A stretch of DNA of 64,000 nt. Origin: Bradymonadales bacterium. GTDB lineage: Bacteria; Bdellovibrionota; UBA2394. Below, in pieces: positions 27,720 to 37,926 of this stretch (position 1 is its first letter; each line of letters starts with the position of its first letter). The notes beneath the pieces are model-generated. The model ran no database searches. It saw only the letters and a program-made list of their open reading frames with translations, and was not told where the DNA came from. Position numbers and translations under genes: made by a program. The DNA is taken from the NCBI GenBank assembly GCA_007693605.1, contig REDG01000055.1:14353-78352 (forward strand), in the 5' to 3' direction.

Positions 27720-28605
27720 ATCGAAGCAAATGTTCAAGAGAGTCTTCCAGGCGAGGATACTTAAACTGAAAGCCATTTTGAATCAAACGAGTGGGTTCCA
27801 CTCGCGCGCTTGAGAGAAGAAGGGCTTCAGCCATTTCACCCAACAGCAATTTCAAGCCCCAAGCGGGTGCTGGAAGAATTGCTGGGCGCTTCAGCTTTTT
27901 CGAGAGAATTCGACCGAACTCGGCTTGGGGGAGAGCTTCGGGTGCAGTGCCATTGAAGACCCCCTCCAGCCTCTCATTGAAAGCCAGATACTCTAGGCTT
28001 CGCACGAGATCTTCAATGTCGATCCAGCTCCAAAATTGCTTTCCATCTCCTAATCGCCCCCCGAGCCCCAGTTTAAACGGAAGCAGCATCTTTTGTAGCG
28101 CCCCCCCATCAGGCGAAAGCACGACGCCAATTCGAAGCCAGCAGACTCGAAGCCCTCGATCTTTGAGGCCTTGAACGGAGGCCTCCCAGTCGACACAGGT
28201 CTTTGCTAGAAAGCCCTGTCCGGCAGGGGACTCTTCTGTCAGCCGCTCGTTGCCTCGGTTTCCGTAATAACCGATTGCCGAAGCAGAGATGAAAAACTGA
28301 GGCGGATTTTCCAGCTGTTGGATCGTGCGCGAGAGAAGCTCACTTCCCTTGATGCGGCTGTCGTAGATTCGGCGCTTGGCATTCTCTGTCCAGCGACCCG
28401 ACGCGATATTCTCTCCGGCCAGATGAATCACTCCGTCAAAAGCTTCAATCTCACCTGCCTTCAAGACTTCTGCATCGGGATCCCATTGAATTCGCTTTTC
28501 ACCTGGGCTTCGGGACAAGATGCGGCAGTCGTGTCCCGCCTCTTCTAGGCGGTCGATGAGTTTCCGGCCGACTAGCCCACTGCCGCCAGTGATGAGAATT
28601 TTCAT
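27715..28605 (-). CDS. TIGR01777-family (YfcH-like) NAD-dependent epimerase/oxidoreductase
   Basis: MKILITGGSGLVGRKL Rossmann N-terminus, about 296 aa, C-terminal DUF1731-like GFQFKYPRLEDSL. Confidence 0.85.
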   Translation of the reverse strand: MKILITGGSGLVGRKLIDRLEEAGHDCRILSRSPGEKRIQWDPDAEVLKAGEIEAFDGVIHLAGENIASGRWTENAKRRIYDSRIKGSELLSRTIQQLENPPQFFISASAIGYYGNRGNERLTEESPAGQGFLAKTCVDWEASVQGLKDRGLRVCWLRIGVVLSPDGGALQKMLLPFKLGLGGRLGDGKQFWSWIDIEDLVRSLEYLAFNERLEGVFNGTAPEALPQAEFGRILSKKLKRPAILPAPAWGLKLLLGEMAEALLLSSARVEPTRLIQNGFQFKYPRLEDSLEHLLRS

Positions 28606-28680
28606 AAGGGGAGCCTAGCCGGAAATGGGGTGGACTTAAAGCAATTTGAAATTGGGCCTGGCTTCGGTTAGAAGGGGGGT

Positions 28681-29325
28681 ATGAAGCTTGTAAGCCCAGA
28701 AATCGAGGCCTATTGTTTGTCGAAGACCTCTTCAGAATCAGAAGTTCGAAGAGAACTTGCGGAGTTTACGAGAGCGAATGTGTCTCAGTCTCAGATGTTG
28801 ATTGGCCAGATTGAGGCGAGCTTTCTTCAGCTCTTGATTCGACTTGGAGGCTTTACAAGAGCTCTTGAGATCGGCTGTTTTACAGGTTACTCGGCTTTGG
28901 CCATGGCAGAAGCCCTTCCAGACGGCGGCCAAGTTCTGACCTTGGATATTAATGAAGAGACGACTCAGATAGCGAAGAAGTTCTGGGCCAAAAGTCCTCA
29001 CGGGAAGAAAGTGGAAGCTCGTGTCGGACCAGCTCTTGAGTCTTTGGCGCAGTTGAAGCCGAGTTTTGATCTCGTATTTGTCGATGCGGATAAGCAAAGC
29101 GTTTTGGCCTATGTGGAAAGAGCTTTGGAACTCTTGTCGAATCGAGGCTGCATTGTGGTCGATAATGTTTTGTGGAGTGGCCAGGTTTTGAGCCCTGAGC
29201 CGGAAGATCAGAGTAGTCTGGCTCTTCGGGGCCTTGCCGATTGGGCCGTTCGGCAGCCTTCACTGAGAACAGCACTTTACCCCATTCGAGACGGCATTTT
29301 GGTGATTCGAAAAGATCTTTACTAA
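28681..29325 (+). CDS. class I SAM-dependent O-methyltransferase (caffeoyl-CoA OMT-like)
   Basis: ALEIGCFTGYSALAMAEALP, FDLVFVDADK, LSNRGCIVVDNVLWSGQV typical of family-3 OMTs. Confidence 0.85.
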   Translation: MKLVSPEIEAYCLSKTSSESEVRRELAEFTRANVSQSQMLIGQIEASFLQLLIRLGGFTRALEIGCFTGYSALAMAEALPDGGQVLTLDINEETTQIAKKFWAKSPHGKKVEARVGPALESLAQLKPSFDLVFVDADKQSVLAYVERALELLSNRGCIVVDNVLWSGQVLSPEPEDQSSLALRGLADWAVRQPSLRTALYPIRDGILVIRKDLY

Positions 29326-29373
29326 ATCTTCACTCGATTTTGGGTTCTCTCAGCCCTTAGCCTTAAGTTCGGA

Positions 29374-29967
29374 GTGGGGATTGGATTTTTTAGATTAGTC
29401 GCTTTCGTTTTGTTTCCGTTCTTTTTGTCTGGGTCTGTCGAGGCGGCCCATACGGAGCACTGCCAGTGGGCTTTGGCGCAGTGGTCTGGGCTTGATACAA
29501 CTGAACGGGATTTGCCCGATGCTCTCGAGTCTCCTGTTCGGCCCATAAAGGGTGCGCAGGATGTGGTCGTCGTTCTTTTAAGACGAGAGGCAGAGATTCT
29601 TTTCGGGAAACGATATGGAGCCGAAGGCAGCGGAACTTGGGGCAATCTGGGAGGGAAGATTGAAGTCGGCGAAAGTATTGAGGCGGCCGCGCGCCGAGAG
29701 GCCTGGGAAGAAGCAGAGATTCAACTCAGAGACTTGAAGTGGGTCGACACCGACTTTGTCTTTCAGTCGGAGAATCAAACGCTCTACCGAGTGTTTATCG
29801 TGACTGCGACCACGCCAGACAAACCCCGCATTGTTGAGGACAAGGTGGTCGACTTTGTTTGGGCAGAGTTGGATAGACTGCCGGAGCCTCTCTTCAAGCC
29901 GAACGAAGATTGGCTTGTGCGAAGGCTTGAAATGTTCCAAAGTCTCTTGGGGCAAACTCTTCAATAG
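29374..29967 (+). CDS. NUDIX hydrolase with hydrophobic N-terminal leader
   Basis: Nudix box GGKIEVGESIEAAARREAWEEAEI; N-terminal MGIGFFRLVAFVLFPFFLSGSVEA looks like a signal peptide; start uncertain. Confidence 0.7.
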   Translation: MGIGFFRLVAFVLFPFFLSGSVEAAHTEHCQWALAQWSGLDTTERDLPDALESPVRPIKGAQDVVVVLLRREAEILFGKRYGAEGSGTWGNLGGKIEVGESIEAAARREAWEEAEIQLRDLKWVDTDFVFQSENQTLYRVFIVTATTPDKPRIVEDKVVDFVWAELDRLPEPLFKPNEDWLVRRLEMFQSLLGQTLQ

Positions 29968-30034
29968 CATTGGTTCTCGAAAAGCGAGGATTCTAGCTGG
30001 ACCCCCTGCCCCGATCTCTGATTAGTTTTTTAAT

Positions 30035-30895
30035 ATGCAGATTAAAGAATTTTTTGATCCGGCGACCTCGACTTTGTCTTATGTGGTTTCTGGTTCAGCC
30101 TCAGCAGAGGCTGTGGTGATCGATCCCGTATGGAATTTAGATCTGGCTTCTGGGCAACTGTCTCAGGCTTCAGTGAACAAGATTTTGGAGTACTTAGAGG
30201 AGGAAAATCTAGAGCTCAAGATGATTCTAGAGACACATGCCCATGCCGACCATTTGACAGGGGCGCAGCTTCTCAAGAAGAAGTACCCGAAAGCGGTTCT
30301 TGCGATTGGAGATCGGATTGCAGAGGTGCAAGGGCTTTTTCGAGATCATTTGAATTTTCCTTCTGAGTTTCGGGCGGACGGCTCGCAGTTTGATCGTCTT
30401 TTGAAAGACGGAGAAGACTTTAGTCTAGAGGAGCTTCATTTTCAGGTGATGCATACGCCTGGGCATACTCCTGCTTGCTGCGTCTATTTGATTGGAGGCT
30501 ATGCCTTTGTGGGAGATCTGATCTTTATGCCGGACGGTGGGACGGGCCGTTGCGACTTTCCAGGCGGAAGTGCTAAGCAGCTGTATCATTCGATTCACGA
30601 GAAGTTGTATTCTCTTCCGGATGCCACTCAGCTGATGATGTGTCACGACTATCAGCCCGACGGTCGAGACTTGAAGTTTCAAGTGAGTCTGAGAGATCAG
30701 AAAGAGGGAAACATTCATCTGAAGGCCAGCACAACGGAACAAGAGTTTGTGGAGTTTCGTGAAGATCGAGACCGATCTTTGAGCGCGCCTCGACTGCTAT
30801 ATCCAAGTCTTCAAGTGAATTTAACTGGAGGCCGCCTGCCCGAAGCGGATTCTAAGGGGCGGCGGTTTTTGTCGATTCCTTTACACGAAGCTTGA
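30035..30895 (+). CDS. MBL-fold metallo-hydrolase (glyoxalase II / persulfide dioxygenase-like)
   Basis: ILETHAHADHLTGA, HTPGHTPA, GDLIFMPDGGTGRCDF motifs. Confidence 0.85.
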   Translation: MQIKEFFDPATSTLSYVVSGSASAEAVVIDPVWNLDLASGQLSQASVNKILEYLEEENLELKMILETHAHADHLTGAQLLKKKYPKAVLAIGDRIAEVQGLFRDHLNFPSEFRADGSQFDRLLKDGEDFSLEELHFQVMHTPGHTPACCVYLIGGYAFVGDLIFMPDGGTGRCDFPGGSAKQLYHSIHEKLYSLPDATQLMMCHDYQPDGRDLKFQVSLRDQKEGNIHLKASTTEQEFVEFREDRDRSLSAPRLLYPSLQVNLTGGRLPEADSKGRRFLSIPLHEA

Positions 30896-30900
30896 GTCTA

Positions 30901-30942
30901 GGGGAGTGTCGCTAAGGGCCCATCAGCTTTATCGCCACTGCC
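30901..30942. repeat. interspersed intergenic repeat, copy B
   Basis: GGGGAGTGTCGCTAAGGGCCCATCAGCTTT; near-identical over about 29 nt to GGGAGTGTCGCTAAAGGCCCATCTGCTT at 48709. Confidence 0.7.
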
Positions 30943-30964
30943 CAATCAAGAGTTTTCGGGGTCA

Positions 30965-31354
30965 CTATTGAAGTCGGCAACCCGTTTCTGGCCCGAGCCA
31001 GTTAGCCGTTGCTTTTTGCCAGAGCCCCACAACCACAACTTCGTGGCGCTCTGGCTGGTGTTCAAAAGATTGAATGGGAATCCATTGCTGTGTCCAGTCG
31101 TGGCAAAACTCCTCAGACTGTTGCATCACATAGACACAAGAGCAAAAGTGGCGCGCGTAATAATTAGAAATGATTCCAGGAAAATTGGAAAGATAGTTCC
31201 AATGAGTCCAGAGCCAAAGAAAACTCGGCACCAAGACGGCCAAGAGAAGGACGAGCCCAAGCGGGGACTGTCTTGCCCCTCTCCAATTCAAAGTTGAGCG
31301 CCTCAGGCTCCGAGATTTTCTTCTGCTTTGGCTCAATGTTTTGCGGCTCCCCAT
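30965..31354 (-). CDS. hypothetical membrane protein
   Basis: 129 aa, basic N-terminus then a TM (LGLVLLLAVLVPSFLWLW); overlaps the stop of the upstream hydrolase gene by 22 nt; no family recognised. Confidence 0.3.
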   Translation of the reverse strand: MGSRKTLSQSRRKSRSLRRSTLNWRGARQSPLGLVLLLAVLVPSFLWLWTHWNYLSNFPGIISNYYARHFCSCVYVMQQSEEFCHDWTQQWIPIQSFEHQPERHEVVVVGLWQKATANWLGPETGCRLQ

Positions 31355-32541
31355 TTTGACAGCAGTGAAATCACTTTATTTTTGTCGGTGGATCGGGCGA
31401 GTTCATCTCCAAAGCGCACGAGCACCAGAGACTGAGAGGGAATCAGTACCAAAAGTTGTCCCCAATGCCCTTGGGCGAGCACGGCATCTTCGGGGGCATC
31501 GGGCCAGGCCTTTTGTCGGCCTTTTGATTCATCCCTTCGATTGAGCCACCAGTGTCTTCCTGGAAATCCGTCTCGCGCCGGCCCAAGGCCTTGGTAAGTA
31601 TCAACCACCTGAAATGAGTTTTCAAACCAGTCTTTGGAAATCAGCTGTTCGCCATTCCAACGCCCTTGGTTCAAAACAAAGAGGCCAATCTTTGCGAGAT
31701 CCGGAGCCGAGGCGTATGCGAGTGCGCCACCCACGAGCTGATCTTTCGAGTCAGACTCCCAGACGGCTGAATTGATTTGAAGTTTGTCAAAGAACTCCCG
31801 TTGAACGAAGTCTCGGCCAGTTTGAGGAAGAGAGGGTCTCAAGCCCTTTCGGTGAGAGAGTTTTAGCGCCCGATCCAGAACTCCCATCAACAGTGTGCTG
31901 TCTCCGGTAGAGTAGTTGAAGGCTTCTCCGGGCGCTGCTCGCGCTTTTCTACCCAAAACATCTTTTGACATATCCCTTCGGCCTCTGGTGTAGAGCATCG
32001 CCACCACATCCGAAAAGAGGGGAGAAAATTCGTAGGTCTCTTGCCACGAAACTCCGGAACTCCAGTCCAGAAGATGGATAAGCTTTAGATCTCGCAAGAA
32101 GGGATAGCGAGACTCTGGGAAATAGAGAGACAGAGGGTCAGAGAGGGACAGAAGGCCCAACTCCACCGCTCGACCAATCACCAGATTGCTTAAGCTTTTA
32201 CTGACAGACCACAACAGATGGGGATTGTCAGGCCCAAACCCGAGGTCGTACAACTCAAGATGAACGCAATGGCCCTTCATGAGCAAGAGCGCGTGGCTTC
32301 TTCTTTTTTGTCTGCGGGGTCCCGCCTGCTGATTTTCAAAGAGGTAGTCGACTAGCTTTGCTTCGTACTTTTCCATGGCAGGGCTTCTCTCACAGGCCTC
32401 CGCCTTTGGCTCGAAAAACTCAGGCTGAAAAAGCTCATTGGGCTGAGCGAGAAGCCCGCTCGGTGGCCAGCATATGAAAGCAGCCACCACGAGGCTTAAG
32501 ATTTGACCGAAGCCTTTGCTTCGGCGGGGCCAGCCGATCAT
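31333..32541 (-). CDS. serine hydrolase, beta-lactamase/PBP-like family
   Basis: S-x-x-K motif LWSVSKSLSNLVIG, YSTGDS motif, signal-like N-terminus. Confidence 0.8.
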   Translation of the reverse strand: MIGWPRRSKGFGQILSLVVAAFICWPPSGLLAQPNELFQPEFFEPKAEACERSPAMEKYEAKLVDYLFENQQAGPRRQKRRSHALLLMKGHCVHLELYDLGFGPDNPHLLWSVSKSLSNLVIGRAVELGLLSLSDPLSLYFPESRYPFLRDLKLIHLLDWSSGVSWQETYEFSPLFSDVVAMLYTRGRRDMSKDVLGRKARAAPGEAFNYSTGDSTLLMGVLDRALKLSHRKGLRPSLPQTGRDFVQREFFDKLQINSAVWESDSKDQLVGGALAYASAPDLAKIGLFVLNQGRWNGEQLISKDWFENSFQVVDTYQGLGPARDGFPGRHWWLNRRDESKGRQKAWPDAPEDAVLAQGHWGQLLVLIPSQSLVLVRFGDELARSTDKNKVISLLSKWGAAKH

Positions 32542-32673
32542 CTTAAAAGTTTTGCAAAGTCTTTCTAAGAAGTCGATCAGCAGTCTCCAATCTTGGCTGT
32601 TTATTGAAAAAACTCAGAAAATGAGTTCAGATCCCCTTGATTTTCGGCCACTGCTGTCTATGTTAGGAGGGTT

Positions 32674-33552
32674 ATGTTTAGGCGCATATTTCTCTTTGTT
32701 TTAACGAATATCTTGGTTTTAACCACCATCACCCTGGTGATGTCGGTTTTTGGTTTGAGGCCTTATCTTTCTGACTACGGCATCGATTATATTTCTTTGG
32801 CCGTCTTTTGCCTGCTTTGGGGTTTTGGGGGTGCGTTCATTTCTCTGGGGCTCTCCAGAATCATGGCGAAGATGGCGATGCGAGTAAAGGTGATCAAACC
32901 GAACGAAGCTCATGGAGCAGAGTCTTGGGTTTTGGAGACCACCCACCGGTTGGCCCGAGATGCAGGCCTGAGCCATATGCCAGAGGTGGGCATCTACGAC
33001 AGTGCCGAAGTGAATGCCTTTGCAACGGGGCCGACGAAGAAGCGATCTTTGGTGGCCGTTTCGACCGGTCTTTTGAGGCAAATGAGCCAAGATGAGGCAG
33101 AGGGAGTTTTGGCTCATGAGGTGGCTCATATCGCCAACGGCGATATGGTGACGATGACGCTGGTGCAGGGCGTTGTGAACGCTTTTGTGATGTTCTTTGC
33201 TCGGATCATTGCTTTTGCTCTCAGTATGTATGTGAGAGCCGAGATGAGGGCCATCGTTCATATTGTGACCGTGATTGTTTTGCAGATCCTCTTTAGCTTC
33301 TTAGGAATGATGGTGGTCTCTTTCTTTTCAAGGTATCGAGAGTACCGGGCCGACCAGGGGGGTGCTGATCTCGCAGGAAGGCATAAGATGAAAGCGGCCC
33401 TGCAGCGCTTGCAGTCTATCGTTCAGCCGGTAGCCGCTCAAAGAGATCAGGACGCCTTTTCCACCCTGAAGATATCGGGCAGCAATCGAGGTTTGGCCGC
33501 TCTGTTTGCGACTCATCCTCCATTGAAGGAGAGGATTGCTAGGCTTAGCTAG
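32674..33552 (+). CDS. htpX: M48 zinc protease HtpX
   Basis: [12 protein letters not shown] zinc motif, four TM segments, C-terminal [10 protein letters not shown]. Confidence 0.92.
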   Translation: MFRRIFLFVLTNILVLTTITLVMSVFGLRPYLSDYGIDYISLAVFCLLWGFGGAFISLGLSRIMAKMAMRVKVIKPNEAHGAESWVLETTHRLARDAGLSHMPEVGIYDSAEVNAFATGPTKKRSLVAVSTGLLRQMSQDEAEGVLAHEVAHIANGDMVTMTLVQGVVNAFVMFFARIIAFALSMYVRAEMRAIVHIVTVIVLQILFSFLGMMVVSFFSRYREYRADQGGADLAGRHKMKAALQRLQSIVQPVAAQRDQDAFSTLKISGSNRGLAALFATHPPLKERIARLS

Positions 33553-33693
33553 GGACTGGCGATAAGGGCCCATCTACGCAAAGGCAAGGAGCGAACATCG
33601 CAGCGTGGTTTAGATGCCACTCGAGAAGCGCAGCGACGCAGCCGGCAAAGCAGGCGGGCATGCCAGTGAAAAAGAGCTAAACGCCCATCTACC
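33551..33693. repeat. composite interspersed repeat, copy C (two cores flanking about 100 bp)
   Basis: GGCGATAAGGGCCCATCTACG at the 5' end and GGCGGGCATGCCAGTGAAAAAGAGCTAAACGCCCATCTACC at the 3' end; the 3' block is about 90 percent identical to 38212-38250. Confidence 0.7.
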
Positions 33694-35257
33694 TTTGGTT
33701 CAGGGCAATGCGCCGTATGTCGTCTGCCAGCTGTGGGAAGCCGTGAGCCGCTGCGGCTTGATCTAAGCTTTTGCCGTCTGTGCATCGTATCAGAGAGTAT
33801 CTGATGGGATATTGGGCGAGCAAAGCCTTTAGGCTAGTCAGAATCTCGGACTGTTTCAGTTGAAGATTTTCGTCCGAAAGCTCGGCAAGAGCGGCGACTT
33901 CTTCAAAGAGTTGATCGACTTGATGATCCCAGTTTCTTTGAATCTCCTCAAACCTTGCGCTAATCCTCTCTGTCAACAGAGCAGCTCTTTGAGACTCCAC
34001 CGTGTCGGAATGAGAGTCTTTAATGTCCTTTAACAACTCCAAAAAAAGTTTGCCGAATCGTCGGCTCAGTTCATTTTGAGGCTCACCTGTCCAGCTTTCA
34101 AACAGGGCCAATGAGAGAAGAGGGGAGTATTCAATTCCCAAGATGGGCTCAAAGACGGCTTCGGATTTTCGCCATGAGAGAAAAATGGGTAGGGGCTCGT
34201 CCAGCTCTCCATTATGTGTCTTGGGTTGATAATAAACAAAGTGAGACCGAAAGCTTCCTTGTGTATGCTTGAGATTGAGCGCCGCATTTGCACCGACCCC
34301 ACCTTGGGCTCTCGACCTAAAATGATCTCGTAAAATCTCGTCTAGCACCCTGTAAACCGCAAGAGCTTCGAGCGAAGTATTCACGCTCTGATCAAGCCCC
34401 CCTTCCTCCAAAATACTGAGATATCTTTCTTGTTGATCGGCAGTAATCTCTCGGCCAAAAACTTTAGCTGCCCGTAGCTGACTCAAGAGACAGTCAAACT
34501 TAAGTGTGAAAAGTGTTGGCAGTATCGTTTTCAGTTCAGCTCTCATTTCAATCCAATTTTGCCATGTCGCTCGCTCAGGTGCCATATCCCTTGGGCCTCG
34601 AGCTTTTGGAAATTCCCGCTGAGAAAGCCTTTGCAGCTCAAGATAAAGAGGCCACAGCCCAGAGCGTACTAACTGCCGGATTTCTTCGTCGGGATGATGA
34701 ATCGATCGAAGGAGTGCAGCGAAGACCCCCGGTGTGCTTGAGGGATGAAGCACGGCTAGCAGAAGAGACTCAACCAAGTCGTTTTTCTGATTGGACTCTA
34801 AACTGTTTGGGTTCTGTTCAGATCTCTCAAGGCCTTGTAACAGCCAAAAAATAGAGTCTTTACGAGTTTGCTCCAAAGCATCGCGAGCCTCTTTAGACTT
34901 GTGCGATAGATTTCTGCTCAGTCCGGTGGCTTGGACCAGGCGGTGAAGCTCAGCCTCAACTTTTCCAAAGACTCTCCAGACACCAAAGAAATCAGTTTGA
35001 GCTGTCGAAACATCTCCTTCATTGAGGCGCCGAGTGATCTCGTCCCGAATCCCCTGAATCTGTCCAAGAATGTTCTCTAAGTGCTGCTCAATATCGACCT
35101 GTCGACTTTGTCGAAACCGACCCTGATTTCCCGTGAGCAGATCGCCAAGCGCTTCAGCCGCTCTTAGGCAGCTCTCCACGGGGCTTCCCTCTGCTGAGCT
35201 CTCACACAGAAATAGCAGGGCAAAAATCAAATGAAATGGAAATCGGATCTTTTTCAT
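33689..35257 (-). CDS. hypothetical secreted alpha-helical protein
   Basis: Signal peptide MKKIRFPFHLIFALLFLCESSA; 522 aa; no family recognised. Confidence 0.5.
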   Translation of the reverse strand: MKKIRFPFHLIFALLFLCESSAEGSPVESCLRAAEALGDLLTGNQGRFRQSRQVDIEQHLENILGQIQGIRDEITRRLNEGDVSTAQTDFFGVWRVFGKVEAELHRLVQATGLSRNLSHKSKEARDALEQTRKDSIFWLLQGLERSEQNPNSLESNQKNDLVESLLLAVLHPSSTPGVFAALLRSIHHPDEEIRQLVRSGLWPLYLELQRLSQREFPKARGPRDMAPERATWQNWIEMRAELKTILPTLFTLKFDCLLSQLRAAKVFGREITADQQERYLSILEEGGLDQSVNTSLEALAVYRVLDEILRDHFRSRAQGGVGANAALNLKHTQGSFRSHFVYYQPKTHNGELDEPLPIFLSWRKSEAVFEPILGIEYSPLLSLALFESWTGEPQNELSRRFGKLFLELLKDIKDSHSDTVESQRAALLTERISARFEEIQRNWDHQVDQLFEEVAALAELSDENLQLKQSEILTSLKALLAQYPIRYSLIRCTDGKSLDQAAAAHGFPQLADDIRRIALNQR

Positions 35258-35355
35258 GTTTGGACGATCGGCGACCAGCTTTAAGAGAGAAATGGCAAGG
35301 CGTCAAGATGCCTAAAGCCTCTATTTTTAGAAATTCAAAATGCCTTGCAGACCCC

Positions 35356-35403
35356 TAACTAGTTCGTACTGAAAAATTTACATTTTTCAGTACGAACTAG
35401 TTA
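35356..35403. terminator. perfect 22-bp inverted repeat (bidirectional hairpin) at the 3' end of 35397..37037
   Basis: TAACTAGTTCGTACTGAAAAAT-ttac-ATTTTTCAGTACGAACTAGTTA; the right arm contains the TAG stop of the minus-strand gene; no canonical U-tract. Confidence 0.45.
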
Positions 35404-37037
35404 AGGTCGGTGATGACTCTTGAGCAGTCGCCTAGAAATCGCTCTACCACCAGAACGACCTTGCGAAGGTCAGCCATCAGTTGGTCTTTCTCAGAAAATC
35501 GCAGGCCCCGCTTTCCGTAGGCTGCGGAGCCCGCTCTCGGGCGACCCCCGGCATCAAGACCCTCTGCCTGAAGTGAGGCATACACTTCAGTGAGATCGAT
35601 GCCTGGCGCGGAGCGGAGCATGATTTTGTAGTTTTGCCTTTCAGTCAGAATCAGGCTCACCAAGATCCGAGCAGGACTTGGAAGTCTTTCGTTGGCTACT
35701 CTCGCAAGAAGGCTCGCAGGAGTGCCCTGAATGTTGGCAACCGAGAGGTAAGCCCCATGCGCAAGTTCATAAATGCCTCCCTCAGGCACGGATTGCCCAA
35801 GGCCCGCTTCGCGACTCTGCAATTGACGAAAGGACTGGGAGACTGAACCTATTTGCTCTCTCTCTCGATGGTAGGACTGCAAAAACAAACTAAGAAAGAG
35901 CGGTCCGTATTCCACTTCCTGAGAGGCGTGAACGACCCTTGAGTCGAGATCCAACGCAGGTCTGTATCGATCTCGTTGATCAATCTTGATCTCTTGATAA
36001 AGGAGTTCTAAGGGAGACAGTCCTTCAGGGCTAGCAAAATGGAGTTTCTCAAAAAGATGCTCGATAAAGGCCGGAAATGACTTCAGAAGTTCTCGAACTT
36101 TATCAACTTGCCAAGCTTCTTGTTCTTCTGGAAGCGGGGATAGAACATTTCTCTCCACCTCTTGAAGAACAAGTTGAGCGAATTCAATCTTAAGTCGCAG
36201 CGGCCCCTGATCACTTGGGGGCAGATCGAGATAGTCGTTAAACAATGAAATGCCCCGAATCAATTCTTGGTGGGTCCTCAGAAAGTTAATGTCTTCCGCC
36301 CGATCAAAGACCAGATTGGCTAATAGGATGTCTGAGTCTGCATGATCGAGAACGGGGATTGAAAGAGCCAAGGCGCGAAGGACAGATTCCTTTGTCCATT
36401 CGATCGTGCCAGCATTTGCTTTTCTAGGCCAGGCGGCACTTTCATGAAGCCAGAGCAAAAAGTCGAGACTCAGCACACTGGTGGAGATCTCTCTCAGTGC
36501 CGGGTGAGGGTAGTGGTGGTCGATATGAATGATCCCCACCGGAGCCTGTTGATTGTCAATCTTTAGAACTTCAAAGGCTTCAAGATTCCGCAATATTCGG
36601 TACAGAAAATTTTCAAAATGCCAACTCCGTTCTGCTCCTGAAAGCTCTTGATAAGAGAGGGGCCGTGCCAGCATACCGACTTCAAATGGAATGAGATTTT
36701 GTATGCTTATGTTTTGGCTTTCATCCTGAGTCTGAGGATTGATGCCGGGATTCCAATCGAGAATTCGAACTAGAGGAGTAGCACCCACCTGGTGAGCCTC
36801 CCTTCGAGCTGAGAGGAAAGCCCTTCGAATCTGGGTTCCAAACTGGCTTGGGTCCGTGTGTGATCGGTTGAAGAAGACCGCTGGCGAAGGCCCCGAATTG
36901 ATTCGAGCCCAAACAGACTGGATGGGGCAGCAAAGAACGGCAGACAGAAGGACAAAAGCCATCTTCTGCGTCAGTTGAGCCTTCGAGCGGAGTCGATTCA
37001 TAAAGCCCTTTCTGTACAAAGGCTGGGCCCCCCTCAC
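35397..37037 (-). CDS. hypothetical secreted protein with DHH-like motifs
   Basis: Signal/TM MAFVLLSAVLCCPIQSVWA; IIHIDHHYPHP, VLDHADSD and C-terminal GGRPRAGSAA faintly recall DHH/DHHA1 phosphoesterases; weak. Confidence 0.45.
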   Translation of the reverse strand: MRGAQPLYRKGFMNRLRSKAQLTQKMAFVLLSAVLCCPIQSVWARINSGPSPAVFFNRSHTDPSQFGTQIRRAFLSARREAHQVGATPLVRILDWNPGINPQTQDESQNISIQNLIPFEVGMLARPLSYQELSGAERSWHFENFLYRILRNLEAFEVLKIDNQQAPVGIIHIDHHYPHPALREISTSVLSLDFLLWLHESAAWPRKANAGTIEWTKESVLRALALSIPVLDHADSDILLANLVFDRAEDINFLRTHQELIRGISLFNDYLDLPPSDQGPLRLKIEFAQLVLQEVERNVLSPLPEEQEAWQVDKVRELLKSFPAFIEHLFEKLHFASPEGLSPLELLYQEIKIDQRDRYRPALDLDSRVVHASQEVEYGPLFLSLFLQSYHREREQIGSVSQSFRQLQSREAGLGQSVPEGGIYELAHGAYLSVANIQGTPASLLARVANERLPSPARILVSLILTERQNYKIMLRSAPGIDLTEVYASLQAEGLDAGGRPRAGSAAYGKRGLRFSEKDQLMADLRKVVLVVERFLGDCSRVITDLN

Positions 37038-37097
37038 AAGTAAAAAAGCAGGATTTTATTGCGGTAAGAAGCTCAAGAGCCAGCTATAGAGAGCAGG

Positions 37098-37784
37098 GTG
37101 AAGCAGGACTTTTGTTTTTTGGCGGTCACAGGCCCGACCGCTTCGGGCAAAACCGCTTGGGCTGAATCTTTTGCTGCCGAGCGCGGCTTGGAACTCGCCA
37201 ATGCCGATCCCTTTCAGCTCTATCGAGAGATTCCTATTCTGGGCAATCAACCGAAGGCGGCAAAGAATTGGCATTTTTTGTCAGATCGAAGTCTTCAGCA
37301 AGCAGCCACGGCGGGCTCTTTCGCCAAAGAAGCAGAGCCCCATCTAAAGAAGCCATGGCTTTGGGTGGGGGCGGGGCTTTATCTGGGCGCATTGCTTTAC
37401 GGTCTAGACTCTCCAGGCAAAAAGGGAACCCCCTTTCAAGGGCGGCCCCGTTTTGAGAACTATCGCATCTTTGTACTGAATCCGAATCGACAGACTCTCT
37501 ACGATCGAATCGATCAGCGGGTCGAAGAGATGATTCAGAAGGGGGCTTTCGAAGAAGCGGAGGTCATCTGGAAAGGAGTTCAAGCTGGGGAGTTTTCTGC
37601 CAGTTTGCCCGGCTTAAAAGCGATTGGACTTCGGCAGCTTTTGTCTTTCTTTGCGGGCGATTTGTCGAGAGACCGAGCCATCGAGCTATGGAAGCAAGAG
37701 ACTCGCAGGCTGGCCAAGAGGCAGTTGACTTGGCTTCGCAAGTTCTCAGCGCCAAGTGAAAGGATTCAGTGGATTGATCTTTAA
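37098..37784 (+). CDS. miaA: tRNA dimethylallyltransferase (short form)
   Basis: P-loop AVTGPTASGKT, NADPFQLYREIPILGNQP, RRLAKRQLTWLRKF; GTG start; 228 aa is shorter than typical MiaA. Confidence 0.75.
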   Translation: MKQDFCFLAVTGPTASGKTAWAESFAAERGLELANADPFQLYREIPILGNQPKAAKNWHFLSDRSLQQAATAGSFAKEAEPHLKKPWLWVGAGLYLGALLYGLDSPGKKGTPFQGRPRFENYRIFVLNPNRQTLYDRIDQRVEEMIQKGAFEEAEVIWKGVQAGEFSASLPGLKAIGLRQLLSFFAGDLSRDRAIELWKQETRRLAKRQLTWLRKFSAPSERIQWIDL

Positions 37785-37926
37785 AGAGGTCATCGAGACC
37801 AGATCAAGAGAGGGGCTACTCACCAAAGAGAGGGGAGCCCGAACTTTGGTTGGTATTGCTTCTTGAATCTTCCGTTTAGGCTCAAGACAGTCCTCAAATT
37901 ATCCACTCTAGAAAAAGGAAACTCCT

